NCBI GenBank assembly: GCA_964605095.1
Contig: CAZSBS010000003.1
Location: forward strand, 1 to 43,112
Length of the DNA: 43,112 bases
Origin: an uncultured Planctomycetaceae bacterium
GTDB lineage: Bacteria > Planctomycetota > Phycisphaerae > SM23-33
Reading direction: 5' to 3'
The notes beneath the pieces are model-generated. The model had not been told where the DNA came from and searched no databases. It saw only the letters and a list, made by a program, of their open reading frames with translations. Positions 34,785 through 43,112 of this stretch are shown here, in pieces (within the stretch, counting starts at the first letter, position 1; each line of letters opens with the position of its first letter). The position numbers and the translations under genes are program-made.

Positions 34785-35815
34785 AACGAGAAGCGTTTTG
34801 CCCAAATTGCGAGGATTACCGCGCTACGAAGGTAGTGGAGCGGACTGAGCGGTACAAGGTCCGGGGGCTGGACATCGAAGTGCCGGTTCGATCCGAGGCA
34901 TGCGCCGAGTGCGGCGGGCAGCTTGGGTCCGATGAGCAGGACAAGCAGGTGCTCAATGCGGCTTACGCCAAGTATCGTAGCCAGGTGGACCTGCTGGGGC
35001 CGGAGCAGATCAAGGATATCCGCAAGCGCTACAGGCTCAGCCAGAAGTCCTTCGCGGCCCTGCTGGGTATGAGCGAGGCGACGATCAACCGATACGAGCA
35101 GGGAGGGCTTCAGGACCCGGCCCACGACACTGCTATCCGGGCGTGCGAAAATCCCGAGGTCGCTCGCGAGCTGCTTGAGCGCCGCGGGCATATGTTGTCG
35201 GACTGGCAGCGCAAGCGGATGGAGGAGGCCCTGAGCGGCCAACCGGAGCCGTGTGGAACCTGGGTGGACTTGCCCGGCAGGGCCAGTTGGATTCAGGCTG
35301 GCGACGAAGTGTCCGACCGAACCGGGTATCGCCGATTCGAGTGTGATCGCTATGTGGCGGTCGTCCTTTGGTTCTGCAAGAAGCTCGGTATGGTCTGGAA
35401 GACACCGATAAACAAGTTCATGTTCTATGCCGACTTCCTGTCCTTCAAGACCGCGACCGTCTCTCTGACGGGCACAGCCTATCGGAAAGCGCCTCACGGA
35501 CCAGTTCCGGCCGATTATGGGATGCTCCTCGGCTGGATGGAGGGGGAGGGCTTGCTGGAGTGCCGGGAGGTATCATTCCCGAACGGGAATACGGGTTTCC
35601 GTTACAGCGCGGGGCCAAACGCCCCTTCGGAGGGCTTCAGATTCACTGAGCATGAGTTGCGGGTCCTGGAAAAGGTCGCCGCTGAGCTTGGACGCCTCGG
35701 GGCTAAGCAAGTCTCGGATCGCTCGCACAAAGAACCAGCATGGCGTGACACGGCCGATGGGCAGTTAATCTCTTACGAGCACGCACGAACCTTGTCGATC
35801 TCCTTGTCGGAGTGA
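34781..35815 (+). CDS. three-domain antitoxin: MqsA-type zinc ribbon, XRE HTH and Panacea (DUF4065) domain
   Basis: The zinc ribbon is CPNC...CAEC. The HTH reads IKDIRKRYRLSQKSFAALLGMSEATINRYEQG. The C-terminal ~190 aa (INKFMFYADFLSFKTATVSLTGTAYRKAPHGPVPADY) match the DUF4065/SocA-like signature. Confidence 0.78.
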   Translation: MKREAFCPNCEDYRATKVVERTERYKVRGLDIEVPVRSEACAECGGQLGSDEQDKQVLNAAYAKYRSQVDLLGPEQIKDIRKRYRLSQKSFAALLGMSEATINRYEQGGLQDPAHDTAIRACENPEVARELLERRGHMLSDWQRKRMEEALSGQPEPCGTWVDLPGRASWIQAGDEVSDRTGYRRFECDRYVAVVLWFCKKLGMVWKTPINKFMFYADFLSFKTATVSLTGTAYRKAPHGPVPADYGMLLGWMEGEGLLECREVSFPNGNTGFRYSAGPNAPSEGFRFTEHELRVLEKVAAELGRLGAKQVSDRSHKEPAWRDTADGQLISYEHARTLSISLSE

Positions 35816-35823
35816 GCCCAGAA

Positions 35824-35847
35824 GGGGGCGGAAGTGGCACCGCCCCC
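35824..35847. terminator. GC-rich stem-loop between convergent genes
   Basis: GGGGGCGG-AAGTGGCA-CCGCCCCC gives an 8-bp perfect stem. The flanking T-tracts are poor. Confidence 0.45.
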
Positions 35848-35929
35848 AATTGCATACGCCACGAATATCGTCCGGCACGTGGCTTTGGCGGCTCGTGTGC
35901 GAATGCCGTCAGCACCCGCTCACTGGGCG

Positions 35930-36253
35930 TCAGTCGCAATGGAACACCTCTTCCATTCCGGCCCACCACTCGCCGGGCGCGCGGGTTTCCAGCGGTTCCT
36001 GGCACGGTTTGCAGACGGCCCACCATTTCCGCGTGGTCTCGTCGTCGGCCATCTTGGCCATGTCCGCGTCGAAGTCGTCGCCCACGTACTCGAAGTAGCT
36101 GAAGAGATACCCGTCCTTGTGATAGATCGAGTAGTTGCGGATGTTGCACTCGGCGATCTTCTTCAGCACATCCGGCCAGACGGCCGCGTGAAGCGTCTTG
36201 TACTGCTCGAACTTTTCCGGGCGGACCTTCAGGACCATTCCGTATCGTTTCAT
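35930..36253 (-). CDS. rhaM: L-rhamnose mutarotase
   Basis: The ATG at 36253 (GGAGG 6 nt upstream) gives MKRYGMVLKVRPEKFEQYKTLHAAVWPDVLKKIAECNIRNYSIY...WWAGMEEVFH, the RhaM/YiiL signature. Confidence 0.9.
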   Translation of the reverse strand: MKRYGMVLKVRPEKFEQYKTLHAAVWPDVLKKIAECNIRNYSIYHKDGYLFSYFEYVGDDFDADMAKMADDETTRKWWAVCKPCQEPLETRAPGEWWAGMEEVFHCD

Positions 36254-36276
36254 GGTTGGCCTCCAGGGGGCGGGTT

Positions 36277-37473
36277 TCACCACTGTGCGGGCAGGTAGTT
36301 ATCGACGTCCTTTGCGGTGATGATATGCTTTGGCAGGTAGTAAACAGGCTTGAGGTCGGTCTTGCCGTTGAACCAGTCAGCCGCGAGCTTCATCGGCAGC
36401 GCGCCGTCGGCCTCGGGGCTCTGGTAGGTAATGGCGTTGAGCGACCCGGCCTTGATGAAGTCCATGCCCACCTTGGAGTTGCCCGCCGCGACGCGGACGA
36501 TTGTCTCCCGCCCGGCATTCTTGCACGCCTCGTTAATGCCGATCTGGGCGCCCGAGTCATCAGCGCTGACGATGCCCTTTAGCTCCGGGCCGTACTTGGT
36601 GATCCAGCCGGAGACGACTTGGGCGGTTTTCTCGGCCTCGAGCATGGTCGTCTGCATGTCCAGGCACTTCATCCTGGGTGCGATCTTTTTGAGTTCCGAG
36701 ACCACCGCGAACGTCCGCGAGAAAAACGGCGATCCGCCGGGCATGTGTCGGACGATGCAGTAGCCTCCCTCGTGGTTCATCTTGTCGGCGAACTGCCGGG
36801 CCAGCATGCGGAACTGGCCCCAGTCGTCCGGGCCAGTCCACGTGAGCACGTACGGCATGCCCTTGTCCACCGGGATAAGGTTGCTGGCGATTACGGGGAT
36901 GCCCGCCTGGTTGAGCTTTCGCAGCATGGGCACCACGGCCGTGGCGTCGACGGGAAAGATTATCACCAGGTCCGGGCGCTCGTTGATGACCTGGTCGACC
37001 TGCTGCGACTGGATGTTGACGTCCGCGTTGCCGGCCGTAAGGGTCTTCAAGCGTATGCCGTAAGCGTTGGCGACCTTCTCCATGCCTCGCGTGTAGGCCG
37101 TGGTGTACGGGTGGTCCATGTGTCGCAGGCACATGACATACTTGCCCTTGGCCCCGTCGGCGGGGCTGCTGGGCAGGTTGACCTTCGTGCAGTTCCAGCC
37201 GGCGTACTCCATGTCGTACCAGCGCAGGGGATCCTCCTCGGGCAGCTTGGACGGATCGGCCGGGCGGGGCGGCGCCTTCAGCGGCGAGGGGTCTATGATA
37301 ATCAACGGCTGGTTGTCCGCGGACTTCAGGCCCGATACATCCACCGCCAGCGACTCGGCAAGCGACGCCGCCCTGTCGGTGGAACCGCGGGCGTCATTCT
37401 TCTGATCCTGACACCCGCAAGCCGCCGCCACCGCCAATGCCAACCCCATCGCAGTCATCAAACGAAGTGTCAT
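36277..37473 (-). CDS. sugar ABC transporter substrate-binding lipoprotein (RbsB/RhaS-like)
   Basis: The ATG at 37473 overlaps the permease stop (ATGA). The signal peptide and lipobox are MTLRLMTAMGLALAVAAAC. The periplasmic-binding fold is visible (LVIIFPVDATAVVPMLRKLNQAGIPVIASN). The upstream 182 codons in the track are an R-rich overlap. Confidence 0.88.
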   Translation of the reverse strand: MTLRLMTAMGLALAVAAACGCQDQKNDARGSTDRAASLAESLAVDVSGLKSADNQPLIIIDPSPLKAPPRPADPSKLPEEDPLRWYDMEYAGWNCTKVNLPSSPADGAKGKYVMCLRHMDHPYTTAYTRGMEKVANAYGIRLKTLTAGNADVNIQSQQVDQVINERPDLVIIFPVDATAVVPMLRKLNQAGIPVIASNLIPVDKGMPYVLTWTGPDDWGQFRMLARQFADKMNHEGGYCIVRHMPGGSPFFSRTFAVVSELKKIAPRMKCLDMQTTMLEAEKTAQVVSGWITKYGPELKGIVSADDSGAQIGINEACKNAGRETIVRVAAGNSKVGMDFIKAGSLNAITYQSPEADGALPMKLAADWFNGKTDLKPVYYLPKHIITAKDVDNYLPAQW

Positions 37474-38549
37474 GAGGAAGCTCCTCTTGCCTTGAGTTCC
37501 GCCAGCAGATCCTTTCGCTGGCCCTTGGTTCTCTGGCGCAGCCGCAGCCAAAACGCATCGTACAGGATTACCAGCGCCAGGACCAGCCCGCTGGCCATCA
37601 GTTTGATCTCGTGCCCGGCCCCGAGGCAACTCAGGCCGTTGATGAGGGCCGTCAGCGCCACCAGCGCCACGGCCGAGCCGATGACTGTGCCCTTGCCGCC
37701 TTCCATGCTCGTGCCGCCGATTATGACGGCGGCGACGATGGCCATGAGGGAGTTCTCGCCGAGCTTGAGGCTTCCGGCGGCTTCGCTCATGGCGACCAGT
37801 GAGCCGCCCAGTGCGGACAGTCCGGCCGAGATTACGAACGCTCCGACGACGTAGGCGTCGACGCGCATTCCGGAATACCACGCGGTCTGGGGGTTGCCTC
37901 CCATCAGGTAGAAGCCGCGTCCGACGGGCGTGCGGCGCAGCACCAGACCCGCCCCGGCCAGCATGGTTAGTGGGATGAGGTTCCGTGGCGTCAGCCAGAG
38001 CGTCATCCAGGCCGACCATGGCATCGCGCCGCCTGGTGCGCCGTGGGCGTCGCCGAGAAGCGGGCGTTGGAGCCAGTCCGACAGGCCGAACGACTCGGCG
38101 GGGATGGTTCCGCCCTTGCAGTAGATGGCCATAGCATTGTAGACGATTATCATTGCCCCGAGCGTGACGATGAACGAGTTGATCTTCGCCTTTGCCACGA
38201 GCAGGCCGTTGAGCATTCCCAGCACCACGCCGGAAGCCGCCGCGACCGCCAGCGCCCCGGCCCAGCCGAGCTGCGGGGCAAGGCCCATCACGAGCATTCC
38301 GCCCAACGTCATGGCCGAGCCGACCGACAGGTCGAGTTGTCCGGCCAGCAGAACGATGGTGAATCCGATGGCGGCGGGCAGATTCGTTCCGGCGCCCTTG
38401 AGTATGTCGGCGAAGTTTCGCGGCGTCAGGAAGTTAGGCGCGACGGCGCCCATGACGGCGAAGATGGCTGCGCACAGCAGCCAGACGCGCCAGCGATAGA
38501 CCGTCGCCGCGGCCCCGCCTGCCGCCGAGATGCCGCCGGCGTCACGCAT
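37470..38549 (-). CDS. sugar ABC transporter permease (RbsC-like)
   Basis: 359 aa and polytopic. AGQLDLSVGSAMTLGGMLV and GGTSMEGGKGTVIGS are typical motifs. Confidence 0.88.
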   Translation of the reverse strand: MRDAGGISAAGGAAATVYRWRVWLLCAAIFAVMGAVAPNFLTPRNFADILKGAGTNLPAAIGFTIVLLAGQLDLSVGSAMTLGGMLVMGLAPQLGWAGALAVAAASGVVLGMLNGLLVAKAKINSFIVTLGAMIIVYNAMAIYCKGGTIPAESFGLSDWLQRPLLGDAHGAPGGAMPWSAWMTLWLTPRNLIPLTMLAGAGLVLRRTPVGRGFYLMGGNPQTAWYSGMRVDAYVVGAFVISAGLSALGGSLVAMSEAAGSLKLGENSLMAIVAAVIIGGTSMEGGKGTVIGSAVALVALTALINGLSCLGAGHEIKLMASGLVLALVILYDAFWLRLRQRTKGQRKDLLAELKARGASS

Positions 38550-39570
38550 CGTCGCTGCCCGCCTTTCTCCGCGAGAAGGAGTTTATCCCGACGACCATGA
38601 TGAAGACCGCGCCCTGGACGATGTTCTGCTGGAACTGGCCGATCGTGACCTCGCCGATCCGCACCAGCGACATCACGTTGTTCATCAGCGCGATCGCCAT
38701 CACGCCGCCCATCACGCCGGCGATGTTGCCGCGTCCCCCCGCCAGCGTCATCCCGCCAAGCACCACCGCGGTGATGGTCTTGAAGTCGTACCCGTCGCCG
38801 ATGTACACGGCTCCGACTTTGTTGAAGCTCGTCAGCAGTATTCCCGCTAGGCCGCTGGTCAGGGACGATATCACGAAAGCCCAGGCCACGACGCGCTTTA
38901 CCCGAACGCCGCTGAGCCTGGCAACTTCATAGTTCGAGCCGGTCAGCTTCAGGGCTGCGCCGTATCCGCTGTGCCGCATGACGGCGTGGCCGGCGACGGC
39001 GGCGATAGCGAGGATCACCGCCGGCAGCGGCACAACGCCGAAAACCGCGTGGTGATAAAGGTCCAGAAACGCTCGCCCGGCGGCGGTGGCCTCGTCGGGG
39101 TATATTTGCCGGCCCGCATACGCCCAGCGGATTACGCCCGACAGGACGCTCATCATGGCGAGAGTCCAGATGATCGGGTTTAGGCGCAGGTAACCGACGA
39201 CCAAGCCGTTGATGATTCCGATGACCAACCCGGCCGCAAGGCCCGCGGCAAGGCTCGCGGCGATGCCGTACGGCAACGCCCAGACCGCGACCGTGCCCGA
39301 CAGCGCCATGATGCCCGGTATCGACAAGTCCACGTAGTGCCGGCTGTAGGTTATGAACGCCACGCCCACCGAGACGATGCCCATCAGAGTAACGGCGCGG
39401 AGGGCGTTGAGGAGGTTCTCGGCCGCGAGGAACTCGCGGGAAATCCCGCAGCCGATGGCGAACAAAGCGGCGACGAGTATGTAGACGCCCAGCACGTTGA
39501 GCGTTTCGACGAGCCGGCTTGACGCCAGTTCCCGGCCATCACCGCGGACGATTTGTGCAGGCTCGGTCAT
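38542..39570 (-). CDS. sugar ABC transporter permease (RbsC-like)
   Basis: The ATG at 39570 overlaps the ATPase stop (ATGA). The protein starts MTEPAQIVRG and contains SRHYVDLSIPGIMALSG and GGMTLAGGRGNIAGV. The long upstream part of the track ORF is an out-of-frame shadow of the ATPase gene. Confidence 0.88.
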   Translation of the reverse strand: MTEPAQIVRGDGRELASSRLVETLNVLGVYILVAALFAIGCGISREFLAAENLLNALRAVTLMGIVSVGVAFITYSRHYVDLSIPGIMALSGTVAVWALPYGIAASLAAGLAAGLVIGIINGLVVGYLRLNPIIWTLAMMSVLSGVIRWAYAGRQIYPDEATAAGRAFLDLYHHAVFGVVPLPAVILAIAAVAGHAVMRHSGYGAALKLTGSNYEVARLSGVRVKRVVAWAFVISSLTSGLAGILLTSFNKVGAVYIGDGYDFKTITAVVLGGMTLAGGRGNIAGVMGGVMAIALMNNVMSLVRIGEVTIGQFQQNIVQGAVFIMVVGINSFSRRKAGSDDA

Positions 39571-41087
39571 GCGGGCGCGAGCCTCCCTTCGCCGTTGGCG
39601 GCAAGCAGCACGGATGTCTCGCCGGCCTGGCCGCGGGGGATCTGGCCGATGAGGCGCCCGCCTCGCATTATGAGTATGCGGTCGCTGAGGCCAACCAGTT
39701 CCGGCAGGTCGCTGGAGATGAGGATCACGCACGTGCCCGCGTCGGCCAGTTCGGCGATTGCGCGGTGGATCGTCACCTTGGCGCCGACATCCACGCCGCG
39801 AGTCGGCTCGTCGAGGATCAGCACCTTCGGCGAGGCCGAGAGCCATTTGCCAAGCAGCACCTTCTGCTGGTTGCCGCCCGACAAGGCCGACGCCATCCGC
39901 CTGGGCTGCGGCGGGTTGATGTCCAGCGAGCGGATCAGCCCGGCCATGGTCGCCTCGCCTCGCCGCTGGCTGAAAAGCCCGAAGCGACACAGGCGGGGGA
40001 TGATGGCCGAGAGCATGTTCTCGCCCATGGTCATCCGCAGCGCCAGGCCCTGGGCCTTGCGGTCCTCGGTGAGGTATGCCAGGCCGGCGGCGATGGCGTC
40101 GCGGTAGTTTCGCGGGCGGATGGGCTGGCCGTCGAGCTCGATCTGCCCGGCGTCCAGCGGGTCGATGCCGCACAGCGACCGCGCCAACTCGCTGCGCCCG
40201 GCCCCGCTTAGCCCGCCCAGGCCAACGATCTCGCCGGAAGCGGCGCTGAAGCTCACGTCGTGGAAGAAGCCCCATCGGCTCAGCCCGCGAACCGCCAGGC
40301 GTACGGCGCCGGGGCGGGCGCGGCGCTGGGTGTAGAGCGTCGCGACGTTTCGCCCGACCATCATCTCCACCAGACTGGCGCTGGTGACGGAGGCGATATC
40401 CTCGGTGGCGACCTTTCGCCCGTCGCGCAGGACGGTAACGCGGTCGGCGATCTGGAGGACCTCCGGCAGGTGGTGGGAGATGTAGACGACGGCCAGGCCC
40501 TGCCCGCGGAGCCGGCGGATGATCTCGAAGAGCCGGGCGACTTCCTCGCGCCCGAGGGAGCTGGTGGGCTCGTCCATGACCAGGATGCACGGGTTGTTCG
40601 CCAGCGCCTTGGCGATCTCGACGAGCTGTGCCTCGTGCAGGCTGATTTCCTCGACGGCTGTGACGGGGTCGAGGTCCAGGCCGACGCGGGCCAGGTGTTG
40701 GCGGCACTCGGCGAGCATCCGCCGGCGGTCCAGCAGCAGTCCCTTGCGCGGCAGCCTGCCCGCAAGGACGTTCTCGGCGATGCTCACCGGCCCAGCCAGG
40801 CTCAACTCCTGGTGGATCATCTGGATGCCGGCTGCCTTGGCGGCGGCGGGGGAGTGCAGCAGGACCGGCCTGTTGTTAAGGGACACCTGCCCGGTGTAGT
40901 CGTTGAAAGCTCCGGCGAGGATCTTCATCAGCGTGCTCTTGCCGGCCCCGTTCTCGCCGATCAGCGCGTGGACCTCGCCCGCGCGGACGGCGAAGTCCAC
41001 GCCGTCAACCGCCAGCGTGCCCGGAAAGCGTTTCGACACGCCCTTCATCCGCAAAGCTATGCCGATGTCGTCGCCGATGTCTGCCAT
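39567..41087 (-). CDS. sugar ABC transporter ATP-binding protein (two fused ABC domains, RbsA-like)
   Basis: 506 aa. Walker A is GENGAGKST. Signatures are LSLHEAQLVEIAKAL and LSGGNQQKVLLGKWL. Walker B motifs are ILVMDEPT and VLILDEPT. Confidence 0.93.
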   Translation of the reverse strand: MADIGDDIGIALRMKGVSKRFPGTLAVDGVDFAVRAGEVHALIGENGAGKSTLMKILAGAFNDYTGQVSLNNRPVLLHSPAAAKAAGIQMIHQELSLAGPVSIAENVLAGRLPRKGLLLDRRRMLAECRQHLARVGLDLDPVTAVEEISLHEAQLVEIAKALANNPCILVMDEPTSSLGREEVARLFEIIRRLRGQGLAVVYISHHLPEVLQIADRVTVLRDGRKVATEDIASVTSASLVEMMVGRNVATLYTQRRARPGAVRLAVRGLSRWGFFHDVSFSAASGEIVGLGGLSGAGRSELARSLCGIDPLDAGQIELDGQPIRPRNYRDAIAAGLAYLTEDRKAQGLALRMTMGENMLSAIIPRLCRFGLFSQRRGEATMAGLIRSLDINPPQPRRMASALSGGNQQKVLLGKWLSASPKVLILDEPTRGVDVGAKVTIHRAIAELADAGTCVILISSDLPELVGLSDRILIMRGGRLIGQIPRGQAGETSVLLAANGEGRLAPA

Positions 41088-41170
41088 TGGTGCTTTCGCC
41101 CGGCCGGCGGGGCGAGAAATGCCAAGCCCGGCCCGGCCTGCGAACGATCATAGACGACCTGCCAAGGCGG

Positions 41171-41193
41171 TAAAAGCGCAAAGGCGGGCGCTG
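41171..41193 (-). terminator. weak terminator-like hairpin after the 41196..42128 gene
   Basis: The minus strand reads CAGCGC-CCGCCTTT-GCGCT followed by TTTTA. The stem is short (5-6 bp). Confidence 0.3.
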
Positions 41194-41195
41194 CG

Positions 41196-42128
41196 CTATG
41201 CGTCACCTGATGGACCTCGGGCCACGCTGGCCTCGGCGAAGCGGCGGACGAGTGCGGCGTTTTCGGCGGGCTGGTCGCTGTAGCGGTCGTACATGCCGAC
41301 TATCACCGCGTCGGTAGGTTTGATCGACGCGAAAGCCTGTGCGAAGGCAGACTCGACGGCTTGCGGCCTGTCCGACAATCGCCCGGCCGCGAGGATCTTG
41401 AACGCCAGGCAAGGCTTCGGCGTCCGGCGGATGGCGCGGTACATCCGCGGCGGGTCGTCGGTAAGGTACACCTCGCCGACCGGCAGAGGCACGTGGCCGA
41501 GCAGCTTTTGCAGTTGTTCGGCGGAGCGATGGCGCTCGTAGACGCACGTCATGTAGAAGTCCACGTCCCAGCCGGCGGACTCGACGGCGTCGAGAACGTC
41601 GGGCATGTGCGTGGACACGCCGACCTGTAGGCCGGCGTCGCGGACCTTCTTGAGGTACTCCCGCACCTCGTCGAGCTTGCCGGCCTTGAAGAGTTGGTCG
41701 GTCGTCTCGCCGTGGTGGGCTATGGCGATGCAGCCTCCCTCGGCCAGTGTGGCGACGGAGTTGGTGGCCGCGTCGTCCAGCGCGATCAGGTGCATGGCCC
41801 CGCCCTCGTCGAGGAATCGGCGGTAGACCGTGAGGTTGCCGCACACGGCCTGCCAGCAGTTGATCCCCACGGCCTGGCAGTGCCGCAGCGTGCGGAGAAC
41901 CTGCTGTGGCGTGAAGTACGCCCGCATCTCGGCGTTGAGGAAAGCCGACAGATGCGACCCGGCGTTGAACGTGTTGGCCCCGCAGATGAGCCGGCTGATC
42001 GAATGCGGGCCGAGCCTGACGTGCGGAAGGTCCGCGTCGCTCATGGTGGCAGGGGCGCCGCGGGCGTCGGCTGCGTTGGCGGGGTCGGTGGTCATTTGCG
42101 CTCTCCTTTGCCGGCTCCAGCTTGCCAT
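41196..42128 (-). CDS. hypothetical protein, possibly TIM-barrel-like
   Basis: 310-aa ORF with protein-like composition. The N-terminal LGPHSISRLICGANTF resembles the first strand of aldo/keto-reductase-type barrels, but the rest is not recognisably AKR. The start is uncertain (alternative Met at MTTD or MSDAD). Confidence 0.55.
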   Translation of the reverse strand: MASWSRQRRAQMTTDPANAADARGAPATMSDADLPHVRLGPHSISRLICGANTFNAGSHLSAFLNAEMRAYFTPQQVLRTLRHCQAVGINCWQAVCGNLTVYRRFLDEGGAMHLIALDDAATNSVATLAEGGCIAIAHHGETTDQLFKAGKLDEVREYLKKVRDAGLQVGVSTHMPDVLDAVESAGWDVDFYMTCVYERHRSAEQLQKLLGHVPLPVGEVYLTDDPPRMYRAIRRTPKPCLAFKILAAGRLSDRPQAVESAFAQAFASIKPTDAVIVGMYDRYSDQPAENAALVRRFAEASVARGPSGDA

Positions 42129-42326
42129 ATCGGCGGCCCCCGCGTCAAGGCCGGGGGCTAATCTGCAATGCCGGTTTGCCAGGCGGCGTTTTCTGGAAGA
42201 CGGCCCGGCCCGGCGTGCGTTATACAGTCAGGCGGCCTTGCTATCATTAACGATTCGATGCGAGCCGACGGGCGCGCCGACGTGACGGCGCGTGCCATGG
42301 CTAGTCAAACGAGAAGGAGCGAATCC

Positions 42327-43040
42327 ATGCGTGTACTTGCGATTGGTCTTCTGGCGGTGGCGGTGGTGGGGGTGTTGTCTTACGTGACGATGGCCCAACC
42401 TGGAGGCGGTCGGCCCGGCCCCGGCGCGAGGCGTGAGCCGGCCAAGTTCACGAGCGCCGTAATGCCGAAGGATGACGCGGAGAAGAATATCCTCGATGTC
42501 CTGGAGGAGATGAACAAGAACGAGCGGCGCGGCATGATGAACGTGCCGATGGAGGATGGGCGCATCCTGCGGCTGCTGGCCGAGTCCACGTGCGCCAAGC
42601 AGGTGGTCGAGATCGGCACGTCCAACGGCTTCTCGGGCATCTGGTGGTGCATGGCGCTTCGCAAGACCGGCGGCAAGCTGACGACCTTCGAGATCGACGC
42701 CACCCGCGCGGGCCTTGCTCGCAAGAACTTCAAGCGGGCGGGCGTGGATGAACTGGTCACGCTCGTCGAGGGCGACGCGCACGTCGAGGCCCCCAAGCTC
42801 AAGGACAAGAACGTCGCGATCGACATCCTCTTCCTCGACGCCGACAAGCAAGGCTACGTCGACTACCTGGAAAAACTGCTGCCGCTGGTTCGCCCTGGCG
42901 GGCTGATCGTCGCCCACAACATGACGCCAGGCATGGCCGATCCGCGGTACGTCAAGGCCATAACGACAAACCCGGACCTTGAGACGCTCTTCATCAACAT
43001 GCAGGCCTCCGGCATCGGCATAACGATGAAGAAGCGATAG
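42327..43040 (+). CDS. class I SAM-dependent O-methyltransferase (family 3, caffeoyl-CoA OMT-like) with an N-terminal hydrophobic anchor
   Basis: The ATG at 42327 lies 7 nt after AAGGAG. The anchor is MRVLAIGLLAVAVVGVLSYV. The SAM fold is visible (VVEIGTSNGFSGIW, FLDADKQGYVDYLEKLLPLVRPGGLIVAHN). The upstream 53 codons in the track have no support. Confidence 0.85.
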   Translation: MRVLAIGLLAVAVVGVLSYVTMAQPGGGRPGPGARREPAKFTSAVMPKDDAEKNILDVLEEMNKNERRGMMNVPMEDGRILRLLAESTCAKQVVEIGTSNGFSGIWWCMALRKTGGKLTTFEIDATRAGLARKNFKRAGVDELVTLVEGDAHVEAPKLKDKNVAIDILFLDADKQGYVDYLEKLLPLVRPGGLIVAHNMTPGMADPRYVKAITTNPDLETLFINMQASGIGITMKKR

Positions 43041-43112
43041 GGCACTCAGGGACCTGCCTGCCGGCAGGGGCTGCTATCTCTGGACTTCGGGCAAGGGCGA
43101 AGAATGACCGCA

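Noticed and set aside
34172-35934. 9-nt direct repeat GGCGTCAGT (34172-34180 and 35926-35934) flanking the TA cassette as possible target-site duplication
   Set aside because: A 9-mer match between two ~200-nt flanks is expected by chance at roughly the 10-20 percent level. The second copy overlaps the rhaM stop codon. No integrase or inverted terminal repeats are present.
38542-40707. 721-aa track ORF spanning the permease and most of the ATPase gene
   Set aside because: The part upstream of 39570 is an out-of-frame, Arg/Pro/Gly-rich overlap of the ABC ATPase gene. The true permease starts at the ATGA junction at 39570. The same logic applies to 36277..38019 and 42168..43040.

Overview
This is a GC-rich bacterial chromosomal segment. 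The gene content (DUF1570-type peptidase, giant TPR lipoproteins, an ECF sigma module, a signal-anchored O-methyltransferase) fits Planctomycetota, but that is inference only. All calls were made by eye from the sequence and the ORF track, with no database search.

Most genes lie on the minus strand.

- Housekeeping: yebC, long-form hisG, a nusA-infB-DUF503-rbfA operon that has no rimP, tRNA-Val(TAC) and nrdR.
- Accessory or envelope: a ~1300-aa TPR lipoprotein, a DUF1570-like HExxH peptidase with a PDZ domain, an NCS2 purine permease, a GT4 fusion paired with a GH130-like protein, a GT-C-like membrane protein, a rhamnose-type ABC transporter with rhaM, and an O-methyltransferase.

Main points of interest:
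1. A seven-gene operon headed by an ECF sigma and a zinc-binding (ZAS) anti-sigma factor. Three successive secreted proteins in it carry the same CsgG/LpoB-like module. One is a giant Asp-box protein whose reading frame is disrupted.
2. A toxin-antitoxin cassette in an AT-rich spacer. It pairs an MqsR-like toxin with a three-domain antitoxin (MqsA-type zinc ribbon, HTH, Panacea/DUF4065) and has a perfect palindromic operator inside a near-consensus promoter.
3. A roughly 460-nt non-coding unit, bracketed by a promoter and a terminator, sitting where rimP normally precedes nusA.
4. A family of intergenic heptamer-based tandem and inverted repeats, and a 51-nt palindromic repeat duplicated in frame at the 5' end of the giant gene.
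5. A stand-alone tandem ATP-cone protein next to nrdR.
6. A non-catalytic HhH-GPD-like protein with a histone-H1-like tail, translationally coupled to rbfA.

Many long ORFs in the track are antisense or out-of-frame shadows of real genes and were rejected.
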